From Minisyncoccota bacterium (GTDB taxonomy: Bacteria; Patescibacteriota; Minisyncoccia; Phycocordibacterales; UBA9973): 64,000 nt of DNA. Position 1 is the stretch's first letter, and each line of letters begins with the position of its first letter. Location: the NCBI GenBank assembly GCA_021734995.1, contig JAIPHX010000002.1:16189-80188 (forward strand), read 5' to 3'. The notes under the pieces are model-generated. The model was given only the letters and a program-made list of their open reading frames with translations. It did no database searches and was not told where the DNA came from. Positions 36,882 to 47,213 of the stretch are shown one piece after another. A program made the position numbers and the translations under genes.

Positions 36882-39650
36882 TTACACATCCGAAGCGCTA
36901 TACCTAGACATAATCTCTTCTTCTACTTCTTCTCTTTCTCTCCCATACTTGAGATATGACAATTCTTTTAAGCTATCTACAATATCAAGATTACCTTTTT
37001 CAGGTGCCAGGGTCTCTATATTAAAAGGTTTTGAAGGCTCTCCTTTTATAAGCATATTGACATAAGCATTAAAATTATCTATCTTGCTGATATCTTGAGA
37101 AGAAAAAGTTGGCTTGAATTTTGGCTCCAAAAATTGAGCGTCTTCTGTTCCTACCCGAAAGACTGCCATAGATCCCACGTTTCCAAACACTGCATTTTTA
37201 ATTCCCTCTTCAAGCTGATTGATATATTGGTGGGCGATGTTTAAAGAAAGACGATACTTTCTAGCTTCGGAAAGAATAGAAGAGATAGAATCTGTAGTCA
37301 CATTCTGGAACTCGTCTATATACAGATAAAAATCATTCATTGGCTTACCAAACATATCTACACGAGAAAGAGCAGCCATTTGAATTTTACCCACAAGCAC
37401 AAGACCAATAAGGTTGGCATTAATATCTCCAAGTCTTCCTTTTGAAAGATTCACAAGTAATATCTTTTTTTCATCCATTATTTTTCTAAAATTAAATACG
37501 GATTTTTGTTGAAGCACCACAGGACGCATAATATCGTTGGAAATAAAGTTATCAAATTTTGAAGAAATATAAGGGACGAAGTTGGCAAGAGATTGATCTC
37601 CTGTAGTCTGCTCAGCAGAAACCCAAAATTGTTTGATAATAGGATTTTTACATTTAGCGAGTTTCATATCTCTAAATTCTTTATCTCCCAATACTCTAGT
37701 AATCTCAAGCAAAGTAGAGCCAGAATCAGGATCCTCCATCACAAGAAAAGCACTATTTCTAAAATACTGCTCAAACATCGCTCCTCCACCCACTTTCATA
37801 TCAAAGAGCTTATTGAAAATACTCATCAATTCATTCACCACAAAAGTTTTTTGCTCAGGATATCGTATATCATACTCAAGCATATTTAATCCCATAGGAC
37901 GAGGAGTGTAGCTAGGATCAAAGTAAATAACATCATCCATTCTTTCTTTTGGAATACGGGAAAGAATAGTCTGAATATCTGTCCCGTGTGGATCAATATA
38001 ACAACAACCATCACCATTTCTGATGTCTTGTGTAATCATATTGAGTAAAATATTAGTCTTACCTGTACCAGTCTGCCCGATCACATAAAAGTGTCGCACT
38101 CTGTCTTCACGAGTCATATGGACCATTGTTTCCCTACCGCGATATTTATTGACTCCAAGAATAATCCCTTCGTCCCCCATAGTAATAGGAGCAGGAGCGA
38201 TACCGGATTTTGCTTCTTTAAGCTGAGGCATAGTCCCGACACCCACAGGAAAATGAAAGATAGAAGCAAGCTCTTTTAGATTTAAAGGCAACACGTTGTC
38301 ATAAGAAAAAGTACGGTAAGAATAGTCCCTAAAGAAACGCTTAAGACTTGATCCTTTAATCTCGTTGAAAACAATAGAGTTACTAGCTGTCTCAGTAAAT
38401 TGGTTGAAAGCGGATTGTACCTCTCGTAAAATCAAATCAGCTCTTTCTCTACTTTTAGCAGAAGCGACTACTCTTATGTTGGTCCTTAAAATACTGCTTT
38501 TAATTTTATTAGAAATCTTCTCTTGTGCTCCTTCATCTACTGCCTTCCTTCCTGACATATTTTTTTCTGACTTTTCTTCTTTTGGTTTTTGACCAAATAT
38601 GAATTCTTTAGAAATACGCATGAAGGCTTTATTGAATTTGTAAAAATTATCAGCAGCGTGTTTTACAGACATTCCGTCTTTTACATCCATTAAAATTTCA
38701 TTGTATTCTTTTATAAATTTATCTCCTGCTGGAGCAATCAAAATCTGGATAGATGCCCCCTCTCCTTCTTTGTCTAATTTTGAAAATACATTGAGCAATG
38801 TATTCATTGGATCATGATCAATGTTTTCGTAAGTCTTTAACGGCAATACTTCTCGCTCTGTAAAAGATGCATAGGCTCCAATAGATACTCCTTCTTCATT
38901 GAAAACATTGTAATCATCTTTTACTTCTCTTATTTTTGCATCATGATAAAAAGCTAAAATCTGTTTTTCAAAAAGAGAAATGAATTTATTTGGGATAGCC
39001 ACATACACCACCACTTCATCTCCCACATGCGCAAGTGCTATCTCTATCACATAATAGTTGCCATTGATATTGTCTTTACCAGAAGAGATGGATTGCATCC
39101 CTGCATAAAACTGCTCCATTGCTCCAATGAATTCTTTGAATCCTTTAGAACTATCTGGACCATCATCAGGAGGAGGAAGAGTTATTTCAAACAAAGTCAT
39201 ATTGAATGATTTATAAAAAGGAGTTCCTTCTTTGAAAGGAAAACTCACTCCTTCTGCTCGCAAGTATTGGATAAGGATACGATGAAAATCATCTTCTATG
39301 TGAGGATTGTTCATTGCTTCTACTACAGACATCGCGTTCTTTATTCCTTTTGTCATTACAATACCTAGAAGCTCCTCCATGACATGGTCATGCTTCTCTG
39401 GAGCAAGATCAAGGACAATGCCTTCTGTTTCTTCTTTTGTGATCGCCTGATCTTTCGGCACCACATCTTTTGTAGGCACATCTTTATATACTTCTATGAC
39501 ATCTTTTGCTGACTGATCCCCTGCTGTCTCAAAGTGTCCCAAATCAGTAAGCTCTTTTTCTCGCTCTGCCATCTTGGCACGCAAATACGCCAGCTCTTCT
39601 TCTGGGTTTTTGAACTGAGGTATGTCTTTTAGGATTGAGTTTTCAATCAT
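36882..39650 (-). CDS. Soluble VirB4/VirD4/HerA-superfamily P-loop ATPase (TraG-D_C-like C-terminus)
   Basis: 922-aa protein with no TM segments. Walker A GQTGTGKTN near residue 535, Walker B LYIDEFQNV and a C-terminal RKYRLSLNIAHQYINQL block. Confidence 0.5.
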   Translation of the reverse strand: MIENSILKDIPQFKNPEEELAYLRAKMAEREKELTDLGHFETAGDQSAKDVIEVYKDVPTKDVVPKDQAITKEETEGIVLDLAPEKHDHVMEELLGIVMTKGIKNAMSVVEAMNNPHIEDDFHRILIQYLRAEGVSFPFKEGTPFYKSFNMTLFEITLPPPDDGPDSSKGFKEFIGAMEQFYAGMQSISSGKDNINGNYYVIEIALAHVGDEVVVYVAIPNKFISLFEKQILAFYHDAKIREVKDDYNVFNEEGVSIGAYASFTEREVLPLKTYENIDHDPMNTLLNVFSKLDKEGEGASIQILIAPAGDKFIKEYNEILMDVKDGMSVKHAADNFYKFNKAFMRISKEFIFGQKPKEEKSEKNMSGRKAVDEGAQEKISNKIKSSILRTNIRVVASAKSRERADLILREVQSAFNQFTETASNSIVFNEIKGSSLKRFFRDYSYRTFSYDNVLPLNLKELASIFHFPVGVGTMPQLKEAKSGIAPAPITMGDEGIILGVNKYRGRETMVHMTREDRVRHFYVIGQTGTGKTNILLNMITQDIRNGDGCCYIDPHGTDIQTILSRIPKERMDDVIYFDPSYTPRPMGLNMLEYDIRYPEQKTFVVNELMSIFNKLFDMKVGGGAMFEQYFRNSAFLVMEDPDSGSTLLEITRVLGDKEFRDMKLAKCKNPIIKQFWVSAEQTTGDQSLANFVPYISSKFDNFISNDIMRPVVLQQKSVFNFRKIMDEKKILLVNLSKGRLGDINANLIGLVLVGKIQMAALSRVDMFGKPMNDFYLYIDEFQNVTTDSISSILSEARKYRLSLNIAHQYINQLEEGIKNAVFGNVGSMAVFRVGTEDAQFLEPKFKPTFSSQDISKIDNFNAYVNMLIKGEPSKPFNIETLAPEKGNLDIVDSLKELSYLKYGREREEVEEEIMSRYSASDV

Positions 39651-39683
39651 AATGAATATTATAGCATAGAAAATTTTTGAAAA

Positions 39684-40136
39684 TTATTTTCTTTTATCTT
39701 TTTTACTACTTACTTTAGAAATTTTTACAAGCTCAGAAGAACTACGGATCTTTTTTCCCCCTACATTAAACACGAGTTTGATTCCAAGCCTGTTGCACAA
39801 ATCATACTCAGGAATATTGTCTGCTTTTCTGTCTCCCCCATTCGCAAAAATATCTGGTTTTATTTTTAATAAAGCTTTGCAAACAGAATCATCCAAATCA
39901 TCTTTTTTGTGATTTGTAAGAAACACCCTGTCTACACAACTAAAAGCACTTATGAGCTCAAGTCTATCTTTTTCAGGCATAAAAGAATATCCTTTTTTGC
40001 TCTTAAGCCAATTGTCGTTGTTTATCACCACTACAAGCTCGTCTCCAAGCTTTTTAGATTCTTTAAACATCCTTAAATGCCCAATATGTACAGGATCAAA
40101 ACCTCCTGAAACTACTACTATTTTCTTCTTTTTCAT
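39684..40136 (-). CDS. Cytidylyl/adenylyltransferase (RfaE-II/TagD-like; paralog 2)
   Basis: SGGFDPVHIGH motif. Confidence 0.6.
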   Translation of the reverse strand: MKKKKIVVVSGGFDPVHIGHLRMFKESKKLGDELVVVINNDNWLKSKKGYSFMPEKDRLELISAFSCVDRVFLTNHKKDDLDDSVCKALLKIKPDIFANGGDRKADNIPEYDLCNRLGIKLVFNVGGKKIRSSSELVKISKVSSKKDKRK

Positions 40137-40181
40137 GCTTTAATTATATCAAGATTAGAATAATATGTAAAAGTATCAAAA

Positions 40182-40670
40182 ATGATAACAAAAATAAAAC
40201 AAAAAAATAAAACAAAAAAAGCAGATACCCAAAAAATCACTGGATTTACTTGTGGCTCATTTGATCTGACTCACGCAGGACATTATTTAATGTTTAAAGA
40301 ATGCAAAAAACATTGTAATTATCTAATCGTTGGGTTACAAACAGATCCTACTATAGATAGACCAGAGAAAAATAAACCTGTTCAATCTATTGTAGAAAGA
40401 AAAATCCAATTAGAATCTTGTAAATATGTAGACCAAATTATTTTATACAAGACCGAGAAAGATTTATTAAATATATTGAAAAATACAAAGATAGATACAA
40501 GATTTATTGGCAAAGACTGGAAAGGAAAAAATTTTACGGGAAAAGAACTAAGCATAAAAATCTTTTGGAACAATAGAGACCACGGATACTCTTCTAGAGT
40601 CTTAAGGACCAAAGTCTTTCAAGCAGAATTAAGAAAATTACCATCAAAAAAAACATCCAAAAAAGACTAA
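40182..40670 (+). CDS. Cytidylyltransferase (TagD-like; paralog 3)
   Basis: CGSFDLTHAGH motif. Confidence 0.6.
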   Translation: MITKIKQKNKTKKADTQKITGFTCGSFDLTHAGHYLMFKECKKHCNYLIVGLQTDPTIDRPEKNKPVQSIVERKIQLESCKYVDQIILYKTEKDLLNILKNTKIDTRFIGKDWKGKNFTGKELSIKIFWNNRDHGYSSRVLRTKVFQAELRKLPSKKTSKKD

Positions 40671-40732
40671 CCTAAAATGATTTTTTGTGCTAATATATTA
40701 AAAAACAAAGCACCCCTAAAGGGTCTAAAAAA

Positions 40733-42031
40733 ATGAGAAAATTAGCCATAAAATCCCGTATGTTTTTCATATTTATTGCCGATATAGCTATATCTATAGT
40801 GGCTCTTTTCTTGATGCTTTTATTTAGATATGGCACAGAAAATGTAGCCACCCAGTGGTCAACACATTTTATCCCGTTCATATTTGCATCTTTAATTTTT
40901 ACTATTACTTTTTACATATTTAATCTATACTCTTTTAGATTTAATAAAAACATCACAGAATTTATCGGCTCTTTTATAAAAAGTATCATTATAGGTCTTT
41001 GTTTTTCAATATTAATCTTTTACATTTTTGGAGATTTTTTTAAACTCACCCCAAAAACAAACCTCTTGATATTTACTAGTATCTTTGGAATTATTGATTT
41101 CTACTTTAGAATAAAAATTAAAAGATATTTTGACAGACAAGGATTTAATAGAAAAATAATTTTAATAGCAGAAGAAGAAAATAATTTAATACAAGAAATT
41201 AAAGATAATAAAAATGCTGGATACACAACCATTGATACCCTTAAAGTGCTTGATATAGACAAGATATTTTCACAAAACCCAGACCTAATCGTAACAGATG
41301 CTGTCAAAGAAAATAAACAAATATTTACTTTAATGAAAAAAGGAGTTTTTGTGTATACAATAAAAAATTTTTACGAAGAAGTCTTTCAAAAGATCCCTAT
41401 CAAAGACATATCTAAAGAAGAAGCCCTGCATTATGTTTTACAAAACAAAACAGTATTCAATTTTTTCAAAAGAAGCTTAGATATCGTTTTGTCTGTAACT
41501 CTATTTGTTATATTTATTCCTATTTTTATTCTTCTTGCAATTGCAATCAAAGTAACATCAAAAGGGCCTGTATTTTTTAAACACAAAAGAATTAGCTTAA
41601 ACGATGAGGAATTTATTATTTATAAATTTAGATCTATGTATATAGATGCTGAAAAAAACGGAGCAGTATGGACCAAAGACAATAAGACTGATGTGCGAAT
41701 TACTCCTGTGGGTAGATTTATAAGAGAAACTCATTTAGATGAAATACCACAGCTTATCAATATAATAAAAGGAGATCTGTCTTTTGTGGGGCCAAGACCA
41801 GAAAGACCAGAATTCACTCCACAACTTTCAAAAGATATTCAATATTATGATTTGAGGCATTCTGTAAAAGCTGGACTTACTGGCTGGGCTCAGGTAAATT
41901 ACAAGTATGGAGCATCTACAGAAGATGCTTTAGAAAAATTAAAATATGACTTTTATTACATCAAAAATAGAAATATATTTTTTGATATATTAATCATATT
42001 AAAAACAATTGCAAAGATATTTAATTATTAA
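40733..42031 (+). CDS. Polyprenyl-phosphate sugar phosphotransferase (WbaP/EpsL-like bacterial sugar transferase)
   Basis: N-terminal TM helices and a C-terminal KRSLDIVLS...KGPVFFKHKRISLN...PQLINIIKGDLSFVGPRPERPEF region. Confidence 0.85.
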   Translation: MRKLAIKSRMFFIFIADIAISIVALFLMLLFRYGTENVATQWSTHFIPFIFASLIFTITFYIFNLYSFRFNKNITEFIGSFIKSIIIGLCFSILIFYIFGDFFKLTPKTNLLIFTSIFGIIDFYFRIKIKRYFDRQGFNRKIILIAEEENNLIQEIKDNKNAGYTTIDTLKVLDIDKIFSQNPDLIVTDAVKENKQIFTLMKKGVFVYTIKNFYEEVFQKIPIKDISKEEALHYVLQNKTVFNFFKRSLDIVLSVTLFVIFIPIFILLAIAIKVTSKGPVFFKHKRISLNDEEFIIYKFRSMYIDAEKNGAVWTKDNKTDVRITPVGRFIRETHLDEIPQLINIIKGDLSFVGPRPERPEFTPQLSKDIQYYDLRHSVKAGLTGWAQVNYKYGASTEDALEKLKYDFYYIKNRNIFFDILIILKTIAKIFNY

Positions 42032-42033
42032 AA

Positions 42034-42858
42034 ATGAGTACTCCTACAACAATCATCAGACCAAAAAAATTGTTTAGCCTTTCAGATTTAAAAGAACTCT
42101 GGGAATACAGAGAGCTGTTGTATTTTTTTACTTGGAGAGATCTAAAAGTAAGATACAAGCAGACATTTATTGGTGCTCTTTGGGCAATCTTTCAACCTTT
42201 TATCACAATGGTAGTATTCACTGTATTTTTTGGAGGATTATTAAAAATCCCCTCAGATGGAGTTCCCTACCCTATATTCGTATATACAGGATTATTATTT
42301 TGGCAATTTTTCTCTGGAGCATTAGCTGATACAAGCAATGTGCTTATTACAAATCAATCCATCATCACTAAAGTATATTTTCCAAGACTAATACTCCCCT
42401 TATCTTCAGTAGCCACAAAATTTGTAGATTTTTTTATCGCTTCTATTATCTTAATCGGAATGATGTTTTATTATGGATACGTTCCAAACCTAATTGGCCT
42501 TTTGGTCATACCAGTTTTACTTTTGATAACTTTTATGGCATCCGTTGGGCTTGGACTTTTCTTTGCTTCAATCAATGTAAAATACAGAGATGTAAGATAC
42601 ATTCTTCCTTTCTTTATCCAAATACTGATGTTTGTAACTCCTGTAATCTATCCAGCCGGCATTGCTGGTAAATATTCTTGGATACTAGCACTAAACCCTA
42701 TGATGGGAGTTATTCAAAGCGCTAGAGCAGCACTACTTGGAACTACAGTTTTAAATTGGCTTCTAGTGGTAATATCTCTAGTAGCCACTGCTGTGTTGTT
42801 GTTATTTGGTATATATATATTTAAAAAGACTGAAAAATATTTTGCAGATTTAATTTAA
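42034..42858 (+). CDS. ABC-2 type polysaccharide export permease (Wzm-like)
   Basis: Six TM helices with the ABC-2 signature. Confidence 0.75.
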   Translation: MSTPTTIIRPKKLFSLSDLKELWEYRELLYFFTWRDLKVRYKQTFIGALWAIFQPFITMVVFTVFFGGLLKIPSDGVPYPIFVYTGLLFWQFFSGALADTSNVLITNQSIITKVYFPRLILPLSSVATKFVDFFIASIILIGMMFYYGYVPNLIGLLVIPVLLLITFMASVGLGLFFASINVKYRDVRYILPFFIQILMFVTPVIYPAGIAGKYSWILALNPMMGVIQSARAALLGTTVLNWLLVVISLVATAVLLLFGIYIFKKTEKYFADLI

Positions 42859-42862
42859 AATT

Positions 42863-44110
42863 ATGGAAACAATCATAGAAGTAAAAAATATAAGTAAGAA
42901 ATACAACATAAATCATCAAAAAGGTGGTTATGTTGCTCTACGTGATGTTTTAACAAACATATTTAAGAACCCTTTTAATTTTTTAAAGTCTAAAACCAAA
43001 GAAATTATTGGTCTTGATAGGAAGGAGGAATTTTGGGCATTAAAAGACCTGAATTTTGAAATCAAAAAAGGAGAGATGGTAGGAATCATAGGTAGAAATG
43101 GAGCTGGTAAATCTACTCTTCTTAAAATATTATCTCAAATCACTCCCCCTACTACAGGGGAAATAAAAATCAAAGGTAGAGTAGGCTCTCTTTTGGAAGT
43201 AGGGACGGGTTTTCATCCTGAATTATCTGGAAGAGAAAATATTTTTTTAAATGGAGCAATCTTGGGAATGAAGAAAAAAGAAATTGAAGAAAAATTTGAT
43301 GATATTGTAGAATTTGCCGGAATTGAAAAGTTTATTGATACTCCTGTAAAATATTACTCTAGTGGAATGTACGTTCGTCTAGCTTTTTCTGTCGCAGCAC
43401 ACATGGAACCAGATATTCTAATAGTAGACGAAGTCCTTGCTGTGGGAGATGCAGAGTTTCAAAAAAAATGCCTTGGCAAAATGGAGGATATCACAAAAAA
43501 CAAAGAGAGAACAATTTTATTTGTGAGTCACAATATGGGAGCAGTCAAACAACTTTGCAACAAAACTATTCTAGTACAAGATGGTAAAATAATTGATTTT
43601 GGAGAAACAGAAAAAATAATAGAAAAATATTTATCTATTTCTAAAGAAAATTCTTCAGAAAAATGGGAAAACAAAGGAGATGAGTTTAATAATGACTATT
43701 TTAAACCTGAGAAATTTTACATTTCAAAAGATACAGATGAAAATATGTGGATTAACATTGAAGCTACTATTAAAAAAATTGACGATTCATTGACCATAGG
43801 ATATGCTCTATATTCAGAAGATAATATTTTATTATACTGGTCGTATCAAACAGACACAAAAAAAGCAGATTGGCCAAAATTAAAGATTGGGGTAAATTTA
43901 ATAAAAAGCAAATTACCTACAGATATTTTAAATAGTGGTATATTTTATATTAAAATGATAGGGGGGTTACATAAAACAATGTGGATTTTTTCTCCCAACA
44001 AGCCAAGTCCAACAATTACATTAAATTTAGAGAAAAATTTCACCCAATCAGCTTATTGGACACAAAAACGAATTGGAATATTAGCCCCAGCCATAAACTG
44101 GGAAAATTAA
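42863..44110 (+). CDS. Polysaccharide ABC exporter ATP-binding protein (Wzt/TagH-like) with C-terminal substrate-binding domain
   Basis: Walker A GRNGAGKST, the LSGG-like signature YSSGM and Walker B ILIVDE. A ~170-aa C-terminal extension follows. Confidence 0.8.
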   Translation: METIIEVKNISKKYNINHQKGGYVALRDVLTNIFKNPFNFLKSKTKEIIGLDRKEEFWALKDLNFEIKKGEMVGIIGRNGAGKSTLLKILSQITPPTTGEIKIKGRVGSLLEVGTGFHPELSGRENIFLNGAILGMKKKEIEEKFDDIVEFAGIEKFIDTPVKYYSSGMYVRLAFSVAAHMEPDILIVDEVLAVGDAEFQKKCLGKMEDITKNKERTILFVSHNMGAVKQLCNKTILVQDGKIIDFGETEKIIEKYLSISKENSSEKWENKGDEFNNDYFKPEKFYISKDTDENMWINIEATIKKIDDSLTIGYALYSEDNILLYWSYQTDTKKADWPKLKIGVNLIKSKLPTDILNSGIFYIKMIGGLHKTMWIFSPNKPSPTITLNLEKNFTQSAYWTQKRIGILAPAINWEN

Positions 44111-44122
44111 ACTGTAAAAAAC

Positions 44123-44866
44123 ATGGAAAACATAATATCAAAAATTAAAAAAAAATTAAACAACATAATATCAAAAAAGATAGATACTAGCGAAAATTAC
44201 ACTATCCATGAATCTTGCCAGATCCCAAACCTTAACTACATTTATAAGCAATATTTTTCATTCATCAAAAATGGCACTTTTGTAGAATTTGGAGCATATG
44301 ATGGAGAACAAAATAGTAACACTAGTGGATTAGCTGATATTGGCTGGACTGGATATTATATAGAACCTATTCCAGAATACTACAAAAGATGTGCGCAGAG
44401 ACATCAAAATAATAAAGACATTAAAACATTTAACTTGGCAATAGGGAGTGAAGAGAAAACTATTGAAATGAACATAGGTGGCGTATTGTCAACAAGTATG
44501 CCTAAAATAAAAGAATTATTTGAACAGATGGATTGGTCAAAAGGTTATCATTTAGGAGAAAAAATAAAAGTTAAACAGATAACATTAGACAATTTTTTAA
44601 CTTCAAACAATATTAAAAATATTGATTTATTAGCTATTGATATCGAAGGCCAAGAATGGGATGCCCTGAAGAAATTTGATATTAAAAAATGGAATCCGAA
44701 AATGGTTATTATTGAATTGCATGATCAAAATGATAATTATTTAATTATCAGAGAAGAATGTAATAATATTGTAAATTATTTTGACATAAATCAATATAAA
44801 ATAATTTACAAAGATTGGACAAACACCATTTATGTTCAAAAAAAATTATATCCTATATTTAAATAA
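44123..44866 (+). CDS. FkbM-family methyltransferase
   Basis: FVEFGAYDGEQNSNTSGLADIGWTGYYIEP. Confidence 0.65.
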   Translation: MENIISKIKKKLNNIISKKIDTSENYTIHESCQIPNLNYIYKQYFSFIKNGTFVEFGAYDGEQNSNTSGLADIGWTGYYIEPIPEYYKRCAQRHQNNKDIKTFNLAIGSEEKTIEMNIGGVLSTSMPKIKELFEQMDWSKGYHLGEKIKVKQITLDNFLTSNNIKNIDLLAIDIEGQEWDALKKFDIKKWNPKMVIIELHDQNDNYLIIREECNNIVNYFDINQYKIIYKDWTNTIYVQKKLYPIFK

Positions 44867-44881
44867 ATATTTAATAAAAAA

Positions 44882-45775
44882 ATGAACAATAAAGAAGAAA
44901 CAAGATACGATTATTTTTTAATTTGGGGAAATGGACTCCATCACAAAGATGGAATCTTAGATATAATTCGTGAAGAAAAATCTCTTAAAATTATAAAAAT
45001 CTTTGAGCACAAAATTAAAAACATGAAAAAATTTGTCAAAGAAGTTTATTCCCATGATTATGCTCCATATCAACATTTAAAAGATAAAACTAAATATCTT
45101 TTATCTACAGATCCAAAAGTTATTTTCATTTTCGTGAAAAACAAAAATAAAGATGAAGACTATTTTGGTGATAATGAATACAGACACATAGAATCAAAGA
45201 CAATAAGAAAATTAAAAGAAATCATACGTAATAAATATAATGAAAAAAAAGAAGAAAAACGTACAGAGAATCATGTTATACACGCATCTGATAATGAAAA
45301 TCAAACAGATTATATTTTAAAATATTTAGGACACCAAGAAGGGATAGATTTGTTTGAACCTTACTCAGACATAATTTCTATAAAAGAATTACAAACGACA
45401 GGTGTGTATGTTGTAAAAGAAATTCCAATGCAAAACATATATTGTTCTATTATATCTTCTGACTACCCCAAAAAAATAAAAACAATAACAAAAATAGAAA
45501 ACTCCCCCCATTTTAAGTATGTAGATGGAGACAAAGATTCTTATATAGAATATATAAATAAATTTCAAGGGACACTTCTTCAAGACAACCATAACCCTGA
45601 AGTATTTGATAATTTAATAAAATCTTTCCATTATTTAGATAAAGATAATTCAACTGGTTACATACTTACTAAAAAATTAAGAGATCAAAAATATATTATA
45701 TTAGATGGGCTACACAGAGCATCTATTTTGAAACATAAAAATGAAAAACATATAATAAGTGCAGTATTAGAATAA
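44882..45775 (+). CDS. Hypothetical protein with C-terminal ParB/Srx-like DGxHR motif
   Basis: YIILDGLHRASIL near the C-terminus. Otherwise unassigned. Confidence 0.3.
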   Translation: MNNKEETRYDYFLIWGNGLHHKDGILDIIREEKSLKIIKIFEHKIKNMKKFVKEVYSHDYAPYQHLKDKTKYLLSTDPKVIFIFVKNKNKDEDYFGDNEYRHIESKTIRKLKEIIRNKYNEKKEEKRTENHVIHASDNENQTDYILKYLGHQEGIDLFEPYSDIISIKELQTTGVYVVKEIPMQNIYCSIISSDYPKKIKTITKIENSPHFKYVDGDKDSYIEYINKFQGTLLQDNHNPEVFDNLIKSFHYLDKDNSTGYILTKKLRDQKYIILDGLHRASILKHKNEKHIISAVLE

Positions 45776-45779
45776 AATT

Positions 45780-46424
45780 ATGAATGATAAAAATTTAAAA
45801 AAAATATTTGACTATATTCAAAATGATGAATATATTGTTATAAAGTTGGATGAAAATACCTTAGGGGACCATGGTAAAGATGTGGATATATATTGCAAAA
45901 ATATTTCTATTATTGGAAAAAAAATAATGCACATCGCTAATTCTTTATTAAAAACAAGAGAATACGATCAGATAAAGTTAATCGAAAACAAAAATGAAAA
46001 ACACGTCTATATAGACTTTTATAAAAACAATAATCTCAATTTTCGTTTTGATCTTTTTGGAAAATCACCAAATTTTAAAAATTTAACTATAAAAAAAGAA
46101 TTCTTTAGTGATTGTTTAAAGAACCGAATAAAAAAGACGATCATTAAAAACACAAGTACTTTTAATATTTTTATTCCAAATGAAAATCATGACTTGTTAT
46201 TTCGTTATATAGAATACACAGAAAACCATGCAGAAAGACCAGAAAAGATAAAGCATCTGCATTATGTTTCAAGCATGCTGACTGATAAAAATAAAATTTT
46301 CATTTTTTTATCATCTATATCTTTATATGTTTTAAAAAAAGATACCGAAAGAAAAAACACCTTATATATTAAAAATTGCATATTTTCTATTAAAAGAATT
46401 TTGAAAAAACTTCTAAGAATTTAA
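45780..46424 (+). CDS. Hypothetical protein, possible Pol-beta-type nucleotidyltransferase fold
   Basis: LGDHGKDVDIY fits the minimal G[SD]x..DhD NTase motif. Confidence 0.25.
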   Translation: MNDKNLKKIFDYIQNDEYIVIKLDENTLGDHGKDVDIYCKNISIIGKKIMHIANSLLKTREYDQIKLIENKNEKHVYIDFYKNNNLNFRFDLFGKSPNFKNLTIKKEFFSDCLKNRIKKTIIKNTSTFNIFIPNENHDLLFRYIEYTENHAERPEKIKHLHYVSSMLTDKNKIFIFLSSISLYVLKKDTERKNTLYIKNCIFSIKRILKKLLRI

Positions 46425-46433
46425 ATAAAATTA

Positions 46434-47213
46434 ATGAATAGTGAACTAAAAAATAAAATAGATGCAATTATACCAGCATACAATGGAGCGAGATTTATTT
46501 TGCAAGCCTTGGATTCTGTTGTAAATCAAACACTCCCCCCAAACAAAATCATTGTGGTAGATGATGGATCAACGGACAACACAAATAAAATTGTATCTAA
46601 CTATGCAAAAAACTCCAAAATAGAAATCAAGATAGTTCAAAAAGAAAATGGAGGGTTAAGCTCTGCTAGGAATGCAGGCATAAAAGAAAGCAATGCTTAT
46701 TTTATTGGATTTTTAGATGCTGATGATGTTTGGACACCTGAAAAACTCTCTGAACAGATAAAGATTTTTGAAGATACAGAATTTGGGAATTTAGGTTTAG
46801 TATATTGTGATTATTTTATAATAGATAAAAATGGTAATGTAAATAAAAAAGAAAAAAAAATTCCTCTAAACCAAGGTATTAGAGGTTCTGCTTTTCCTTT
46901 TTTATTGGTAGGAAATAAAGTTCTTTCTAGTGGAAGTGGTGTCTTAATAAAAAAAGAAGTATTTAATACTGTGGGATATTTTGACGAGTCATTAAAATAT
47001 GCAGAAGATTGGGATATGTGGCTCAGAATTTCTCAAAAATATGAAATTGATTACTCTGTAAAAAGATTAGTAAAAATAAGAAGACACGACGAAAATATGA
47101 CAAAATCAAAATTAAACAAAATAAAAGGAGAAGCTAAATTCTATAAAAAATGGCTTGGTAAGAATAAAATACAACTGCAACATATTTTTAGAAGAATTTT
47201 TAAATTTATTTAA
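46434..47213 (+). CDS. Family 2 glycosyltransferase
   Basis: IIPAYNGARFI...VVDDGSTDNT and a DAD motif. Confidence 0.8.
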   Translation: MNSELKNKIDAIIPAYNGARFILQALDSVVNQTLPPNKIIVVDDGSTDNTNKIVSNYAKNSKIEIKIVQKENGGLSSARNAGIKESNAYFIGFLDADDVWTPEKLSEQIKIFEDTEFGNLGLVYCDYFIIDKNGNVNKKEKKIPLNQGIRGSAFPFLLVGNKVLSSGSGVLIKKEVFNTVGYFDESLKYAEDWDMWLRISQKYEIDYSVKRLVKIRRHDENMTKSKLNKIKGEAKFYKKWLGKNKIQLQHIFRRIFKFI

